The translations under genes and the position numbers were made by a program. Of a stretch of DNA of 64,000 nt, positions 50,145 through 63,953 are shown in pieces. The stretch's first letter is position 1. The number at the start of each line of letters is the position of its first letter. The stretch covers positions 69,006,001 to 69,070,000 of the forward strand of contig OX597825.1 of the NCBI GenBank assembly GCA_951406725.2. The letters run 5' to 3'. Source of the stretch: Octopus vulgaris (Eukaryota). Below the pieces are notes generated by a model, which saw only the letters and a list, made by a program, of their open reading frames with translations, was not told the DNA's origin and made no database searches.

Positions 50145-50493
50145 ATGTGTGTGTGTGTGTGTATGTGTGTGTGTGTGTGTGTGTATGTTTGTGTGCCTGT
50201 GTTTGTCCCCCCAACGTCACTTGACAACCGATGCTGGTGTACTTACGTTCCCCGTAACTTAGCGGTTCGGCAAAAGATGCGGATAGAATAAGTACTAAAA
50301 GTGGTGCTCCAGCATGGCCATAGTCAGCTGACTGAAACAAGTAAAAAGAGTAAGAGTACATATATATATACATACGTACATTCATACATACATACATACA
50401 TACATACATAAATATATAAATATGTATACACACACACGCACACACACACACACACACACAAACATATATATATATATATACATACATACATAC

Positions 50494-50546
<53 letters not shown>

Positions 50547-51507
50547 TATATATGCACATACATATATACATACACACACATACATACATATATTAATATT
50601 TATATATTTGCATACATCAACATATATTAGTACTATGTATAAATAAACGTAGACACTTGTCAGTATAGAACCATAATGAACTTTTCCATCACTATTACTA
50701 ATAAATCTGGTTTTTAGATTGAAGTGACGAGTGTAGCGACAGGCCTCCAGTCAACTAGCTCTCGTGTTGACTAACCTCAATTTCTGATTGATAGAATGTT
50801 TAATAATTTGGAAGTTAAAACCATTTACGTCTATACGAGTATATATAGCTGCAAGGGGAATCTTACTTAATAGTATTCTGAGGAGATCTTATGCTGTGTT
50901 GAAAATATTGATAACTTACGTAGCTTAATCGATTTTCTGTGTAGTAGTGTTAGATAAATGCATATATAAATATATAAATATGACCTCATGGGGTTTTTTT
51001 CAGGGCCCATGAATAATTCTAATATGTTATGGATGGTATGGTTGTTTAGATACGAGTGAGCATAGTAATTAATAATCAGACCTCTTAATTGTGTACTTTC
51101 TCAAGACGAGTGTAAATAATTTTACTTGCTACTTCTTGAAAGTTAAACAGTAGCGTTAAAATAAATGGCTGGTTCGTTAAGGTGAAGAACCCCAAAAAGA
51201 ATAGAGACATATAATTTTCCCATAAGCTACTTAATACTATTGTACAGATAAATAATTTATTTTTGTAGTAGACAAATCAGAGGTAAGTCATCCTTTGCAG
51301 ACCACATCATATTAACAGGTCATATATGCAGAAATTTAGTATACAAGTTGTACAGTTAGATCACCTGATGCGTGTAGAGTGTAATGCCGTGTTCAGATAC
51401 AATACTCATTGCCGCACTTGAAATGCTGAGATCAGATTCATATTTGTATATTTTCTGTCGGTTTTGTTAGCATATATTTATATATGCATGTATATTGTAT
51501 ATATGTT

Positions 51508-51544
<37 letters not shown>

Positions 51545-51546
<2 letters not shown>

Positions 51547-51742
51547 ATATGTCTGTATATCTAAATGTATATATGTATGTATACATATCTATAAATGAAT
51601 TTATATATATATGTATTTATATGTATGTATATATGTATATATATATATATGTATTGTTATAAGGATACTACTACTACTACTACTATTACTACCACCACCA
51701 CCACCACCACCACAACGCCCAGGAATAGAAAAAGTATTTTAC

Positions 51743-51776
<34 letters not shown>

Positions 51777-52553
51777 AGTAACGGTTACATTGTATTCCAA
51801 ACACGATGAGCTTTTAGCGTAGCTGAAGGTTTAGCATCGTTAGTAATCATATTTGCCAAACAAAGCATATTGTAAAGACAAGTGAAGCACAAACACTGTT
51901 CACTACAATTTATATTGTTAGGACTGAGGACTTTATAATTCATCAGATGTAAAGTGTTATTTGAAGTTGTTCTTGCAGCTATTTTTGTAGCCCTAGGTAA
52001 GGTCTAGCAGAGTATGTGATTATCCAGTCACCATTTATTTATTTTTACAAATCTTGTACACGCTTCAGTCAATGGACTGCGGCCGTGCTGGGGCATCACC
52101 TTGAAGGATTTAGTAGAACAAATCTCTGTCAGTACTTATAGTTTCTAAAAGTCTGGTACTTACTCTATCATTCTTTATTGCCTAACCACTAAGTTGCGAG
52201 GACGTAATAGACCAGCAATAGTTGCTAAGCGATTCAGGGAAAAAATACAAACACAGGCAGACTCACACACACACACGCTCACACACACACGCACACTCAC
52301 ACACACACACACTCAGTCACTCTCACACACACACGCACAAACACACACACTCACGCATGCACATACACATAGACACTCATAACCATTTGAGACGGGCATC
52401 TTTCAGTTTCCGTCTCAAATTCAAGGTAATAGTCGAGCCGGGACAAGTGTAGAAGACATTTGCCCAATATACCACGCATTGTGGGACTGAACCCCAAACC
52501 ACATGGTTGAATAGTAAAGGTATTCCATAGCAGAAGCTGTGTGAAAGCTCGCC

Positions 52554-52605
<52 letters not shown>

Positions 52606-52790
52606 GTCTGTATATCTACATGTATAGATGTATGTATACATATCTATAAATGAATGTATATATATATATATATGTATGTATGTATATATGTATATATATA
52701 TATATGTATATATATATTGTTATAAGGATACTACTACTACTATTACTACCACCACCACCACTACCACAACGCTCAGGAATAGAAAAGTCT
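51545..52790. repeat. ~190-bp direct duplication of a low-complexity block (51545-51735 and 52600-52788)
   Basis: 'gtctgtatatcta.atgtat...ttgttataaggatactactactactattactaccaccacc...acaacgc.caggaatagaaaa' occurs twice. Confidence 0.8.
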
Positions 52791-53856
52791 TGTGTGTGTG
52801 TGTGTGTGCGTGTGAGTATGTGTTTGTGTCTGTTTTTGCCGCCTCTCCACTTCTTGACAATGGGAATTGATATGATTACGCATTTGTAGTTTAGCGGTTC
52901 CGCTTAAGGGACGACAGAAGAAGTACCTGACTTTAAAAAATTGATAAAAAAAAGAAAAACAGCAAAACGAATATTTAGGTCGATTTATTCGATTATAATC
53001 TTCAAGGTGGTGCTTCAGCATGGCCACAGTCTAACGGCTGAAACAATTGAAGGATTAAAAGATAAAAGATTAAAAGATATTTATAAATTCCCTCGTGAAG
53101 GACATCAATAATACACACTCTTTTACGTTTATCTGTATAATTGCAGTCTTTATCATCATATGTAAATACGCCAGTATTTCGAAATAATACAAAGAAATGT
53201 TTGATTTATTGTTCACAAAGAGAATTCCGTTTATAAAAGCATTAGCTTTGGGTGCGGAAATTTTTTCATCGTTAACTGCGGAAAGCGGTTTTACTCCAAA
53301 ATGGCTTTGATAAAAAGATCTGTCCTTATAATGCCAGAAGAGAAGATATTTTCTGAGATTTTCTTAATTTCCTTTCTACAGGTGCAGGCGTGGCTGTGTA
53401 GTTAGAAAAACGCTTTCTAGCCACGTCGTTCCAGGTTCATTCCCATTGCGTAGCACCTTGGGTAAATGCTTTCTTCTATAGCCTCGGGCCGACCAGAGCT
53501 TCGTGAGTGGACTTGGTAGACGGAAGCTGAATAAAGCCCGTCGTCACTGAGTCTGTGTTTGTACCCCACCACTGCTTGACAATGGTGTTGGTGTGTTTAC
53601 GTCTCTGTAAAGTAGCGGTCCGGAAAACGAGACCGATAGAATAAGTTCCAGGCTTAAAAGAAAATAAAAGCAAGTATTGGGGTCAATTCGTTCAACTAAA
53701 ATTCTTCAAGGCGGTGCACCAGCATGGCCGCAGTCTAACTACCGAAACAAGCAATGAAAAATATTTCATCAAATTATCTCTTTACAAAGCAAGACCCAAA
53801 TACTTTTAGTGGTAGATATGGATGGAAACCGAACCTACAGAAGATACTGTAAATTT

Positions 53857-54260
53857 TAGGCGCAGGAGTGGCTGTGTGGTAAGTAGCTTACTTACCAACC
53901 ACATGGTTCCAGGTTCAGTCCCGTTGAGTGACACCTTGTGCAAGTGTCTTCTTATGAGTGGATTTGGTAGACGGAAACTGAAAGAAGCCCATCGTATATA
54001 TGTATATATATATATATATGTATGTGTGTGTATATGTTTGTGTGTCTGTGGTTGTCCCCACCAACATCGCTTGACAACCGATGCTGGTGTGTTTACGTCA
54101 CCGTAACTTAGCGGTTCAGAAAAAGAGCCCGATAGACTAAGTACTAAGCTTACAAAGAATAAGTCCTGGGATCGATTTGCTTGACTAAAGGCGGTGCTCC
54201 AGCATGGTCACAGTCAACTGACTGAAACAAGTAAAAGAGTAAAAGAGAGTAAAGAGAGTA
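53857..54260 (+). mobile_element. SINE family B (an older copy lies upstream at 53380-53755)
   Basis: Matches the family consensus head, linker and tail. Confidence 0.85.
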
Positions 54261-55188
54261 TTGCCAAATTAGAAAGTATTAATTCTAGTTTTTGGTGGCT
54301 AATTAACATAATTACGGGAATGACTGAAATTTAATTACAAAAATATCTTTCGTTTGCATAAACCTTTGTATTCTAATTTCTGAAAGAAGAAAGTAATATT
54401 TCTTTGGGTTGGCGTCTGCTAAACTTCATGTCGGGGATAAATAAATATCCTTATTAATTCTACTGTAGGTGCAAGGCTTGGAATTTTGGGGGATGGAGCT
54501 AGTCGATTACATCGATCCCAGTATTTGACTGATGCTTTAGTTTATCGACCCCTAAAAGATTAAAGGCGAAGTTAACCTTGGTGGCATTTGAACTCAGAAC
54601 GTAAATCCAAATGCTAAGCTTTGTATCTGGTTTGCTAATAATTCTATCAGCTCAGCGCTTTAATATGTATCCTTATTAAATGTTGGACTTTGTTTCCACA
54701 AAATAGGACGGTCAAAAACAGAATACTTTTGGCTCTAAAAAGGTCTGCGGGATCAAGGATGTAACTTGGTGCTAATCAGGTTCACAAACAGGGTACTTCT
54801 ACATGATACCTCGATTTAATAGACCAGAATTTCCAACGAAGTCATAATATGGAATCTTAAAAAAAGATCTGTACGGCCGCAGCCAGAATAATTTTGTTTA
54901 TATACTTTATCAGCACATTTGGATCGACGAAACAACAGTACAAAACTTACGGTGATCTGGAATGTATAAAAGTGTAAGCCATCTTGTATGCCATACAGTG
55001 GGTCCTTGATCGCTTTCTACGATGACTATTTAGTTGTTGAACCAAACCCGTGAAATTAAAGTGCCAGCAATTGAATAATACATTGACAAGTTTATTCTTG
55101 ATTTTATTCTTTGGCCGAATCAACATGATACTATATGACAAGATTGCTCTTTTGAATTACATGCGCAATTCACAAAAAGAACTAGGAA

Positions 55189-55221
<33 letters not shown>

Positions 55222-55940
55222 GGAATATTAGAAGAAAGAAAGAGAGAGTTAAAATGATCTACACCACCTCACCCAGTCCAGTACTAGACAAATATCGTAT
55301 TTATTAACTGCGAAAGCATGAAAGTAAAGTTGACTTGTGAGTCGAACTCAGGGAGCGAGAATTCGAACCAACGCTACAAGGAGTTCTGCTTGGTGCTCTA
55401 ATGTTTGAACCGAATACTGTATATGAAACGACGAGCGAGACATTTATCATTTGTAGAGTTGGGTATCGGCTTACATAACAAAGTTAGAAGCAGTGGTTGA
55501 TGTCTTGTAAACGACTGAATGGAAGTCTGAAATGGAGAGAGAAATAAAGGGGAAATCCAGAAAGATAAGGAGAGAGAGGTGATAAGGTGAGGAGAGGGAG
55601 ACAGAAGTGGTAGGGAAAGGGAGAAGAAGAGGGAGAAGGAAAGGGAGAAGAGAGATGAAAAATAAAGGGGAAACGCAGTAATGGAGTTAATTTGTGAATG
55701 TCATATTTTGTTTTGCTTGCTCCAGTAAATCATTTCAGCGATTATTCTGAATGAGTGGTGTGATTTGTACATGAATAACGTTGCCAATATTGGTCTGGGA
55801 GTCGGTGGAATGGAATAATAACTCGCCCCAAAAAGAAAACACAAAAGATACAAACGATGATTTCTATGAGAAATTATGACTAGGGACGCATGATTCCATA
55901 ATTCTAACAGTTTTTTTAATGGGTGCTTAACATGTTCCTC

Positions 55941-56056
<116 letters not shown>

Positions 56057-56959
56057 AAAGAAACACCATATTGTGTTGTTGGAGCTGCTATAATATGCAC
56101 TTTATCAATTGTAGCTCCGGAACTTGTTTTTAGTGTAATCGTTATGGATTATCACTTCGGTCATATTGGAAATGTACGTAAATCGTTTTCACAGTCGGAC
56201 TGATATGAATACTGAATCTCATGTAGAAATGATAATCCTTTGGGCAACGTTTGAACAGAGAAATTGAAATAAATTGGCTTTCTTATATTATCGTTTTCAG
56301 ATGGATGTGGTTATCATAAGTACGCTGTAAGTATAATAAGTTGACTTTTCTTTTACATCGTCGTCAAACGGGAGCAGTTTATGTAGAACGGTCGATAGCA
56401 GAATTAAGTGCTTTGTCGTATGCATTTACTCTCCTTTATAAACTTGCTTTTAAAAATCCACCAACGTTATACATTTGCCTTGCATTTATCCTAGGTCGGT
56501 AAAAATGATCTACTAAGTAAAGTAATGCGGGTAATTCAACCAAATATGTACCATTGTACCAAATATTCAAATTAAGTTTTTGTCCTCAGTGATTGGGTAT
56601 TATTAATTATTAAAATGATTAAAATAATTGTTCTTGATCTGAACCTTAGAATGCAGATCAAAACCTCTGAATTAAAATTATAGTTAATGAAATCAAATAA
56701 TATCATTTGAGCTAAACTTGTACATCTGTTGATCTCAAATCATAGCTTTGGTCTAAAACCATAGCACTAGAAACCAAATCATAGCAACAGAGCTCAAATT
56801 ATACATTTCTTGATCTCAAATCAGATCTCGTATGTCAAAATCATGGTCTTGAATCAAATCATACAAAGGTTAAATTATATATTGCATCATAGATTTTCCG
56901 TCCAGTTCAGAGTTTGATATCTAACTTCAGAGTTTTGAGATTTGAATCACAAGATCGGT

Positions 56960-57552
56960 TAAAAAATTCATAAGCTGACTTAGATACTCACATGGAATGT
57001 GACTAAATGAGGTCTATTTTTCAACATAGTCTCTCTTGCAGTCTACACACTCCTTCTATCGGGGTTGCAGTGGTTGAATTACGTTGGTGAAGAAGCTTTA
57101 ATCCTTTTGATAAAAAATGTCATCGACAAAAGATATCTTTTGCTGATAGATTTGGGTATGAGGTACTTGTCTGCTAAGTTTTTGCCAAATCTGCTTTCAG
57201 TTAACCCCAAAAAAAGCACTCGGGTTTCAGTTGCACGAGATCACCTTGATTGTATCAAGAACGATGAAAACATTTTGAAAACTTTGCGTAGGGTTGGCCT
57301 CTGAACAGGTATCGCTAAACTTTTGGCAAAATTCGATGCAGAATCTCTGTTCAACTTACTCTGTCACGGTCAATGCGACGATCGCACGCTACACACATTC
57401 CTTCCAAGCACTGCTGTAAACAGAGAAAGGTTAAAACTTAGTGTACATGCAAAGCAAAATTGAAAGTCAATCTGTGCCAAGCGGCTTTAATTTGAGTACT
57501 ACAGCTTCGTTACTATAGCAACAGTCTCGATACTTATGGATCAGTCCACGTA
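56960..57552. mobile_element. Rearranged mariner remnants
   Basis: Minus strand KECVDCKRDYVEK (C-terminus, about 57020-57065). Plus strand DLGMRYLSAKFLPNLL..RVSVARDHLDCIKNDENILK (WVPHEL-linker region). Minus strand EQRFCIEFC (N-terminus, about 57325-57355). TIR-like end 'atacttatggatcagtccacg|TA'. Confidence 0.75.
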
Positions 57553-57566
57553 TATATATATATATT

Positions 57567-57796
57567 TAAATGGAGTTTAACGCAGGTATAATTCAAATAC
57601 TTTTACTTCCGACACATATTTCGAAGATTTCACTGATATTATTCCAAAGGAATAAATGGTGTAAAACAATGTAATCTTCACTTCCCTGAAGAGAAGATTA
57701 CATTTCTTTACACCATTTATTCCTTTGGAGTGAAATCTTCGAAACATGTATCGGAAGTAGAAGTATTTGAATTATACCTGCGTTAAACTCCATTTA
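57567..57796. repeat. 230-bp near-perfect fold-back next to (TA)n
   Basis: taaatggagtttaacgcaggtataattcaaatact...gtaatcttc pairs with gaagattac...agtatttgaattatacctgcgttaaactccattta. The unpaired centre is 57680-57692. Confidence 0.92.
57680..57758 (+). ncRNA. Type I hammerhead motif with extended loop 2
   Basis: acttcc-CTGAAGA-gaagatt(...)aatcttc-GAAAC-atgt-ATC-ggaagt. The inverted arm reads GAAAT-atgt-GTC-ggaagt, so the implied consensus is GAAAC-atgt-GUC. Confidence 0.8.
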
Positions 57797-57972
57797 TTGA
57801 TTTAAATATTATACAAAAAATTTCCACGTAAACCCGAAGTTTCTACCTTTAAAAACAAGGAGTTACAACCTTTTTACTTGTGTGATTTTTTGCTACTCTG
57901 GTAACTAGTTATCTATTTTTTCCGTGTTAATTGTTAACAAGAGAAAAGTATTTATCTCTCTCTCTCTCTCCT

Positions 57973-58042
<70 letters not shown>

Positions 58043-58938
58043 CATATATATGTACGCACACACAGAGGTACACACACACACTCACACACACACATATACA
58101 CGTTTGTGCATGTGTGTGCCCGTTCGAGTTGGCACAGAAGAGTTTTAAAACATTCAATGAAGAAGGAAAATGAAAATATTTGTTATAATACCGAAATTAC
58201 TCTTTGGATTATGCCTCCGACTTGGGAACACACCTCTGCAACTATTTGTTGCTTTCAGTTAGCTTTTTGCTACAAACACATTTTTCACACATATTCGTTT
58301 TCTATTCGTGTTCAAATATGCCATACCACGCAACCATATAATTTTCTTTTTATCCAGTGACGATTGAATGCAAATAAACACATTTCTGAATCAATGAAAC
58401 GCATATCTATATTTTCAAAACATTTTACTACTCTCGTTTTATAGTTTAGTTTATTTCTTTACATTTCATGACTGTCTCCATACAAAGCATTAATATTATC
58501 TCAATGTAAGCTCATTGGATATTCGTCAAAATTCGATAATGGAATTTCAAAGATTTCCATTTTGAATGCATCGTATTACTTACTCTATAAAAATGGCAGT
58601 ATCGCAGTGAATATTATTAATAACGAAATAATTTTCGCTTTGTTAAATTCCCTTCTTCTTTTATATATATATATTCATGAAGTCATTTCAGCTGCGTACT
58701 CTGAATGTTCAATGTCACGAGGTCGTCCCATTTGTTTCCTATGCTGTTCTTCAGGATTATACTTGCATATGGACACGTACATTCATACATACATACACAC
58801 ATACATGCGTATGCTTACCTACCTACCTACAAACATACATACATATACAAGCATACATAGATAATTACAATCATATATACATATGTATATATATATATAT
58901 ATGTATATGCATATATATCTATGTATATAGACATATAT

Positions 58939-59018
<80 letters not shown>

Positions 59019-59130
59019 ATACGCACAGATATATATATGTATATATACATATATATATATACATTGTGTGTGTGTGTGTCGATATAAGTATATATATATA
59101 TATATGTATATGGAGACATATATATGTATA

Positions 59131-59269
<139 letters not shown>

Positions 59270-59712
59270 TATATATACATATATGGAGACATGTGTGTCT
59301 ATTTAGGGACAAATGTTGAAGGAAAAGTAACAAAAAAATATTTATGCCATCGTAATATCCATGTCTTAATTACGCTCTCTTTATGATAACCTATGTTCTT
59401 TTTCCTTTTGACTATAAACATATTTCAATAACATGCTAATACGCTGTGGGAGACACAGATCGAAGCATAGAACACACTGCTATTCAATATATTTCCATAT
59501 GTGTTCACAATCTCATCCACGACACTGTGAAGTTTATATAGGTTTGGCTTGGCTTATGTCGTTAAGAAAGCTGCTTTGCAATCACGTGGTATTTGGTTCA
59601 GTTCAGTCTCATTGCACGGCACCGAGGGTCGTGACTTCTACTATAAGTCCGGACGATCAATGACTTGTGCGTGAATTTGGTAGACGATAACTATGCGGAA
59701 ACACGTTCTGTA

Positions 59713-59936
59713 TACTCTTTTACTCTTTACTCTTTTACTTGTTTCAGTCATTTGACTGCGGCCATGCTGGAGCACCGCCTTTAGTCGAGCAAATCGACCC
59801 CGGGACTTATTCTTTGTAAGTCCAGTACTTATTCTATCGGTCTCCTTTGCCGAACCGCTAAGTGACGGGGACGCAAACACACCAGCATCGGTTGTCAAGC
59901 AATGCTAGGGGGACAAACACAGACACACAAACACAT

Positions 59937-59969
<33 letters not shown>

Positions 59970-60142
59970 CATATATACGACAGGCTTCTTTCAGTTTCCG
60001 TCTACCAAATCCACTCACAAGGCATTGGTCGGCCCGGGGCTATAGCAGAAGACACTTGCCCAAGATGCCACGCAGTGGGACTGAACCCGGAACCATGTGG
60101 TTGGTTAGCAAGCTACTTACCACACAGCCACTCCTGCGCCTA
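59713..60142 (-). mobile_element. SINE family B, full-length, young
   Basis: Nearly identical to 25242-25658. Confidence 0.9.
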
Positions 60143-60925
60143 TATGTATATTTATATTTATACTTCTACCTTTACGGTACTTGATTTTACTTGAAAGTAC
60201 TACATTTGTATTGCAATATTTTACTTTTCATTGAAAACTTTTTCACTGTTCTGTTAACGACTAAGCGCTCAGGCGAGTATACTGGCATTAATGTGGCAAC
60301 ATTTGAAATATTGTCTAGGTAAATGCAGCTGATAAAAAGCTGATCAAATTTACGTTGACAAACGTATTTGAAGAGTCAGGAACCGGTCCTGCATTATCCG
60401 ATTCTGGGTTGTCATTTATCTAATTTTCTTCCTAGAGGTAAGACAATTTTTTCATGTTTGTTGCACTCACACGTCTTTGCCACAATATACGCAGTGAAGC
60501 TATACTATAGCGTCGTAATTGTATCGACTGATATTTCCAGTGAATATTGGTGCCTTGTTGTACCACTTATATATATATATATATATATGGGGTGATTTTG
60601 CAACTTATTTACCATAAAAGAAAAGTTTTTCTCCATGGGAACTGCACTGAATTTGCGTTTATATGAATGATGAAATATGTCATAAACATATTCTAACTAC
60701 CCTAAAGTTCATTCGAGACGTTTAGTAAAAGAGTGTCGTAAGCTCTACCCCGGTCATTTTCGAGGTTAGTATATCATTTTCTTTGACTCGACGTCTAGAA
60801 TCCGATAAAGCTGAGACGAAGAACCGGTGAGGCTTGCAATAAGGTCGAAAATCCGGCTGAAAAAAATTGTACCTCGACGCTATTAATACGACGTTCGCTT
60901 ACCCAAAATCGGATCAGAAAGTTTA

Positions 60926-60993
60926 GCAACCTTTTCAATAGTCTTCACTCTCAAGACTATTGAAAAGGTTGCAAGACGCAACGAAAATTTTAG
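60926..60993 (+). ncRNA. Perfect 20-bp hairpin overlapping a possible U3-A8 hammerhead variant
   Basis: Arms 60926-60945 and 60953-60972. The motif reads cta-TTGAAAA-g-gttgc(aagac)gcaac-GAAAA-TTT-tag, but stem I is only 3 bp. Confidence 0.45.
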
Positions 60994-61439
60994 GAAGATA
61001 AAAGTAAGAAATAAATGGAAATTTTACCGGTGAGTGTGTTACATTATAAGGCACAAAAAGAAAATGATTCTCCCCAGACACAACTGTATATATATGTATA
61101 TATATACGTACACACATACAGACATACACACAAACACACAAACACACACCAAGGTAATTACGAAGGTAATTGTATATATTTATTAGTTAGATAGATGAGT
61201 CTTAGAAAGGAAAGTGGCATTCATGATGTCAATGTACATAATTTATGTACCATGCCACCAGCTTTCAGAGGAGAATATATCATCAATCCTACTGGATGTA
61301 TAATTGATCCCAGCAAGGTTTGAGCTTAAAGAATTGGATCAATAACTTCATGACAGCTTCAAGTTTCGGCCAACACACTTCTTTCACAAAAGCAATGATT
61401 TGTTTTACGTACAGAACTAGTAATATTTAGTAAAAGAGG

Positions 61440-61680
61440 CAAGGCGGTGAGCTGGCAGAAATGTTAGCATGCCGGGCGAAATGCTTAGCAGTATTTCGTC
61501 TTCCGCTACGTTCTGAGTTCAAATTCCGCCGAGGTCGACTTTGCCTTTCATCCTTTCGGGGTCGATAAATTAAGTACCAGTTATGCACTGGGGTCGATAT
61601 AATCGACTTAATTCGTTTGTCTGTCCTTGTTTGTTCTCCCTGTGTTTAGCCCCTTCTGGGTAGTAAAGAAATAGGTATTC
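61440..61680 (+). mobile_element. SINE family C, full-length
   Basis: 'aaggcggtgagctggcagaa..gttagc...gttctgagttcaaattccgccgaggtcgactttgcctttcatcctttcggggtcgataaattaagtaccag'. Confidence 0.85.
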
Positions 61681-62335
61681 CCTCAGTCTTTATGTTCCTT
61701 GTTCAAATTCTCCCAGGGTCGACAGTACTTTTCGGGCTCGATAAAACAAGTATGAAGGACTTGTAAACACTGCTTTTTTTATTACACACAAAATCAATTT
61801 TTCTTCTGCTTCTCTTCCTCCTCCTTTTCCCCCATCTTCCCTCTCTGTCTCTCCATTCGTTCTTCTATCTTGACTAATCCCATCTATCATCTTTAAATAC
61901 TTCCTTAATCATTTGTCAACCATGGCTACGTGTCCGATCAACGCCACCGTCCAACAGTATATCTTTCCTTTCATACATTTCCATATTTATCTCTCTTTCT
62001 CTCTCTTTTCTCATTCTCTTAAGTTATCTGATCCTCACGATCGATCCAACACATAATTCCCGAAGCATTAATACCATATGATAATCCTTATCTTCTTATC
62101 TTCTTTTTTCATTATTTTCCCTAGTGCACATGGTTTTTTTCTCTTTGTGTCTTATTGTTCCAAGTGCACACGTACTCAATGTAAGAAATTGCTTATTTAT
62201 TCCTTTGTGACCAATTCTATGATTCCGGCACGAAGCTGGAGTTGTATTAATGGTGTTTTCTCTTTAATTAACTTGTTCATTTTGGTCGCATATTCCCCTC
62301 CAATGGTAAGGCGGGAAACCAAAAGAATCGTTAGC

Positions 62336-62746
62336 TATCTATCTATCCGCTCAGTCGAAGTCGACTCTCGGTCACTCGTTGGATCAGTGTCCTCCAGTCA
62401 GTTCTATCCTGGGCCGCTTCTTTCAGATTGGCTATGTCCATTCCGGTATCACCCTTGATGGTGTCAAGCCAGCGGGTTCTTGGTCGGCCTCTTCCTCTCT
62501 TGCCACTGACCATTCCGAGCATGATGTCCTTCTCCAGGGATTTTCTCCGCACATTATGACCGAAATATGCCAATCTATGCTTGGTGATCCAAGCTTCCCC
62601 TCCAAAGCCCAACCGTTCTCCTCACCGTGGTGCTGGGGGTGGCAACGGCATATGATAAATATTTTGGCTAAACGGCTCTGGCCTGGGGAAAGACCTGGCC
62701 ACCTACCCCAGTATCCTGGCCAATATACTCTATGGATCAAAAGTGT
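62336..62746 (-). mobile_element. Short RTE (BovB-like) derivative with 13-bp target-site duplication, inserted in a family C SINE head
   Basis: RLAYFGHNVRRKSLEKDIMLGMVSGKRGRGRPRTRWLDTIK...AQDRTDWR is an RTE C-terminus, followed by a (GATA)n tail. TSD aagaatcgttagc at 62323-62335 and 62747-62759. Confidence 0.9.
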
Positions 62747-63112
62747 AAGAATCGTTAGCGAAGAGGACTAAATGCTTAGCGGCATTGTTTCTGGCTCTTT
62801 ATGCTCTGAGTTTAACTTCCATCCAGGTCGACATTGCCATTCATCTTTTCATGGTCAATTAAAAAGATACCAGTTGAGCAATGCGGTAGATGCAGTAGAC
62901 TAGCTCTTTCCTACAACATTTCAAGCCCTGCGCCTATAGTAAAAAGATCAAAAAAAATTGTCTCTACTTATGTTAAGGAGGTGAGTTGCTGGAATCGTTA
63001 TCATGCCAGACAAAATGCTTCTAAACATTTCTCCAGTTTTATGTTTTAATTTAAAATTACTCTGAGGTCGACTTTGCCTTTCATTCTTTGGGTTACCGAA
63101 ATAAATAAGTAC

Positions 63113-63143
<31 letters not shown>

Positions 63144-63238
63144 TGTATGTATGTATGTATGTATGTATGTATGTATGTATGTATGTATGTATGTATGTAT
63201 GTGTGCAAGCGTGTATGCATCTCTGTCTCTCTGTGCCA

Positions 63239-63393
<155 letters not shown>

Positions 63394-63928
63394 CGTCTGT
63401 CTGTCTATATATCTACCTACCTGCCTGCCTGTCTGCCTGTCCGTCCGTCCGTCCGCCAGTCTGTCTGTCTTCCTGATGGTCGCCTCATCTTTGCAGATGA
63501 TAGCCGTCTCACATTCAACTTGATTGTTCTGATTTGCTGTCATCCTTGTATGTGCACGGATATGACGTTTTACGCCATAGATAGATCACCATGGGATTCC
63601 ATAGAAATCAAATAGTAGAGAGAGACATCCGTACAGCATCGGATTTAAGTGACAAAGGTTTGTACAACACTTTTACTACTCTCTCGGATGCCTTAGCAGC
63701 TTCTAGTGACAAGCAGTGCAAGATATCTAGTATTATTTTGACTGCAAGTAAGGCGGCGAGCTGGCAGAATCGTTAGCACGCCGGATGAAAAGTTTAGTAG
63801 TATTTCGTCCGTCTTTACGTTCTAAGTTCAATTTCTGCCGAGTCGACTTTACCTTTCATCTTACCGCAGTAAATAAAATAAGTACCAGTGAAACACTGGG
63901 GTCGATGTAATCGACGCCTACCCACCAC

Positions 63929-63953
63929 TTCGAGCAAAGCTCTTCTTCAGAAA
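63929..63953 (-). ncRNA. Truncated hammerhead motif at the window end
   Basis: Minus strand ttt-CTGAAGA-a-gagc(ttt)gctc-GAA, cut off at the junction with a SINE. Confidence 0.5.

Noticed and set aside
51300-51440. Possible degenerate GIY-YIG on the minus strand
   Set aside because: It requires several arbitrary frameshifts and is not supportable.
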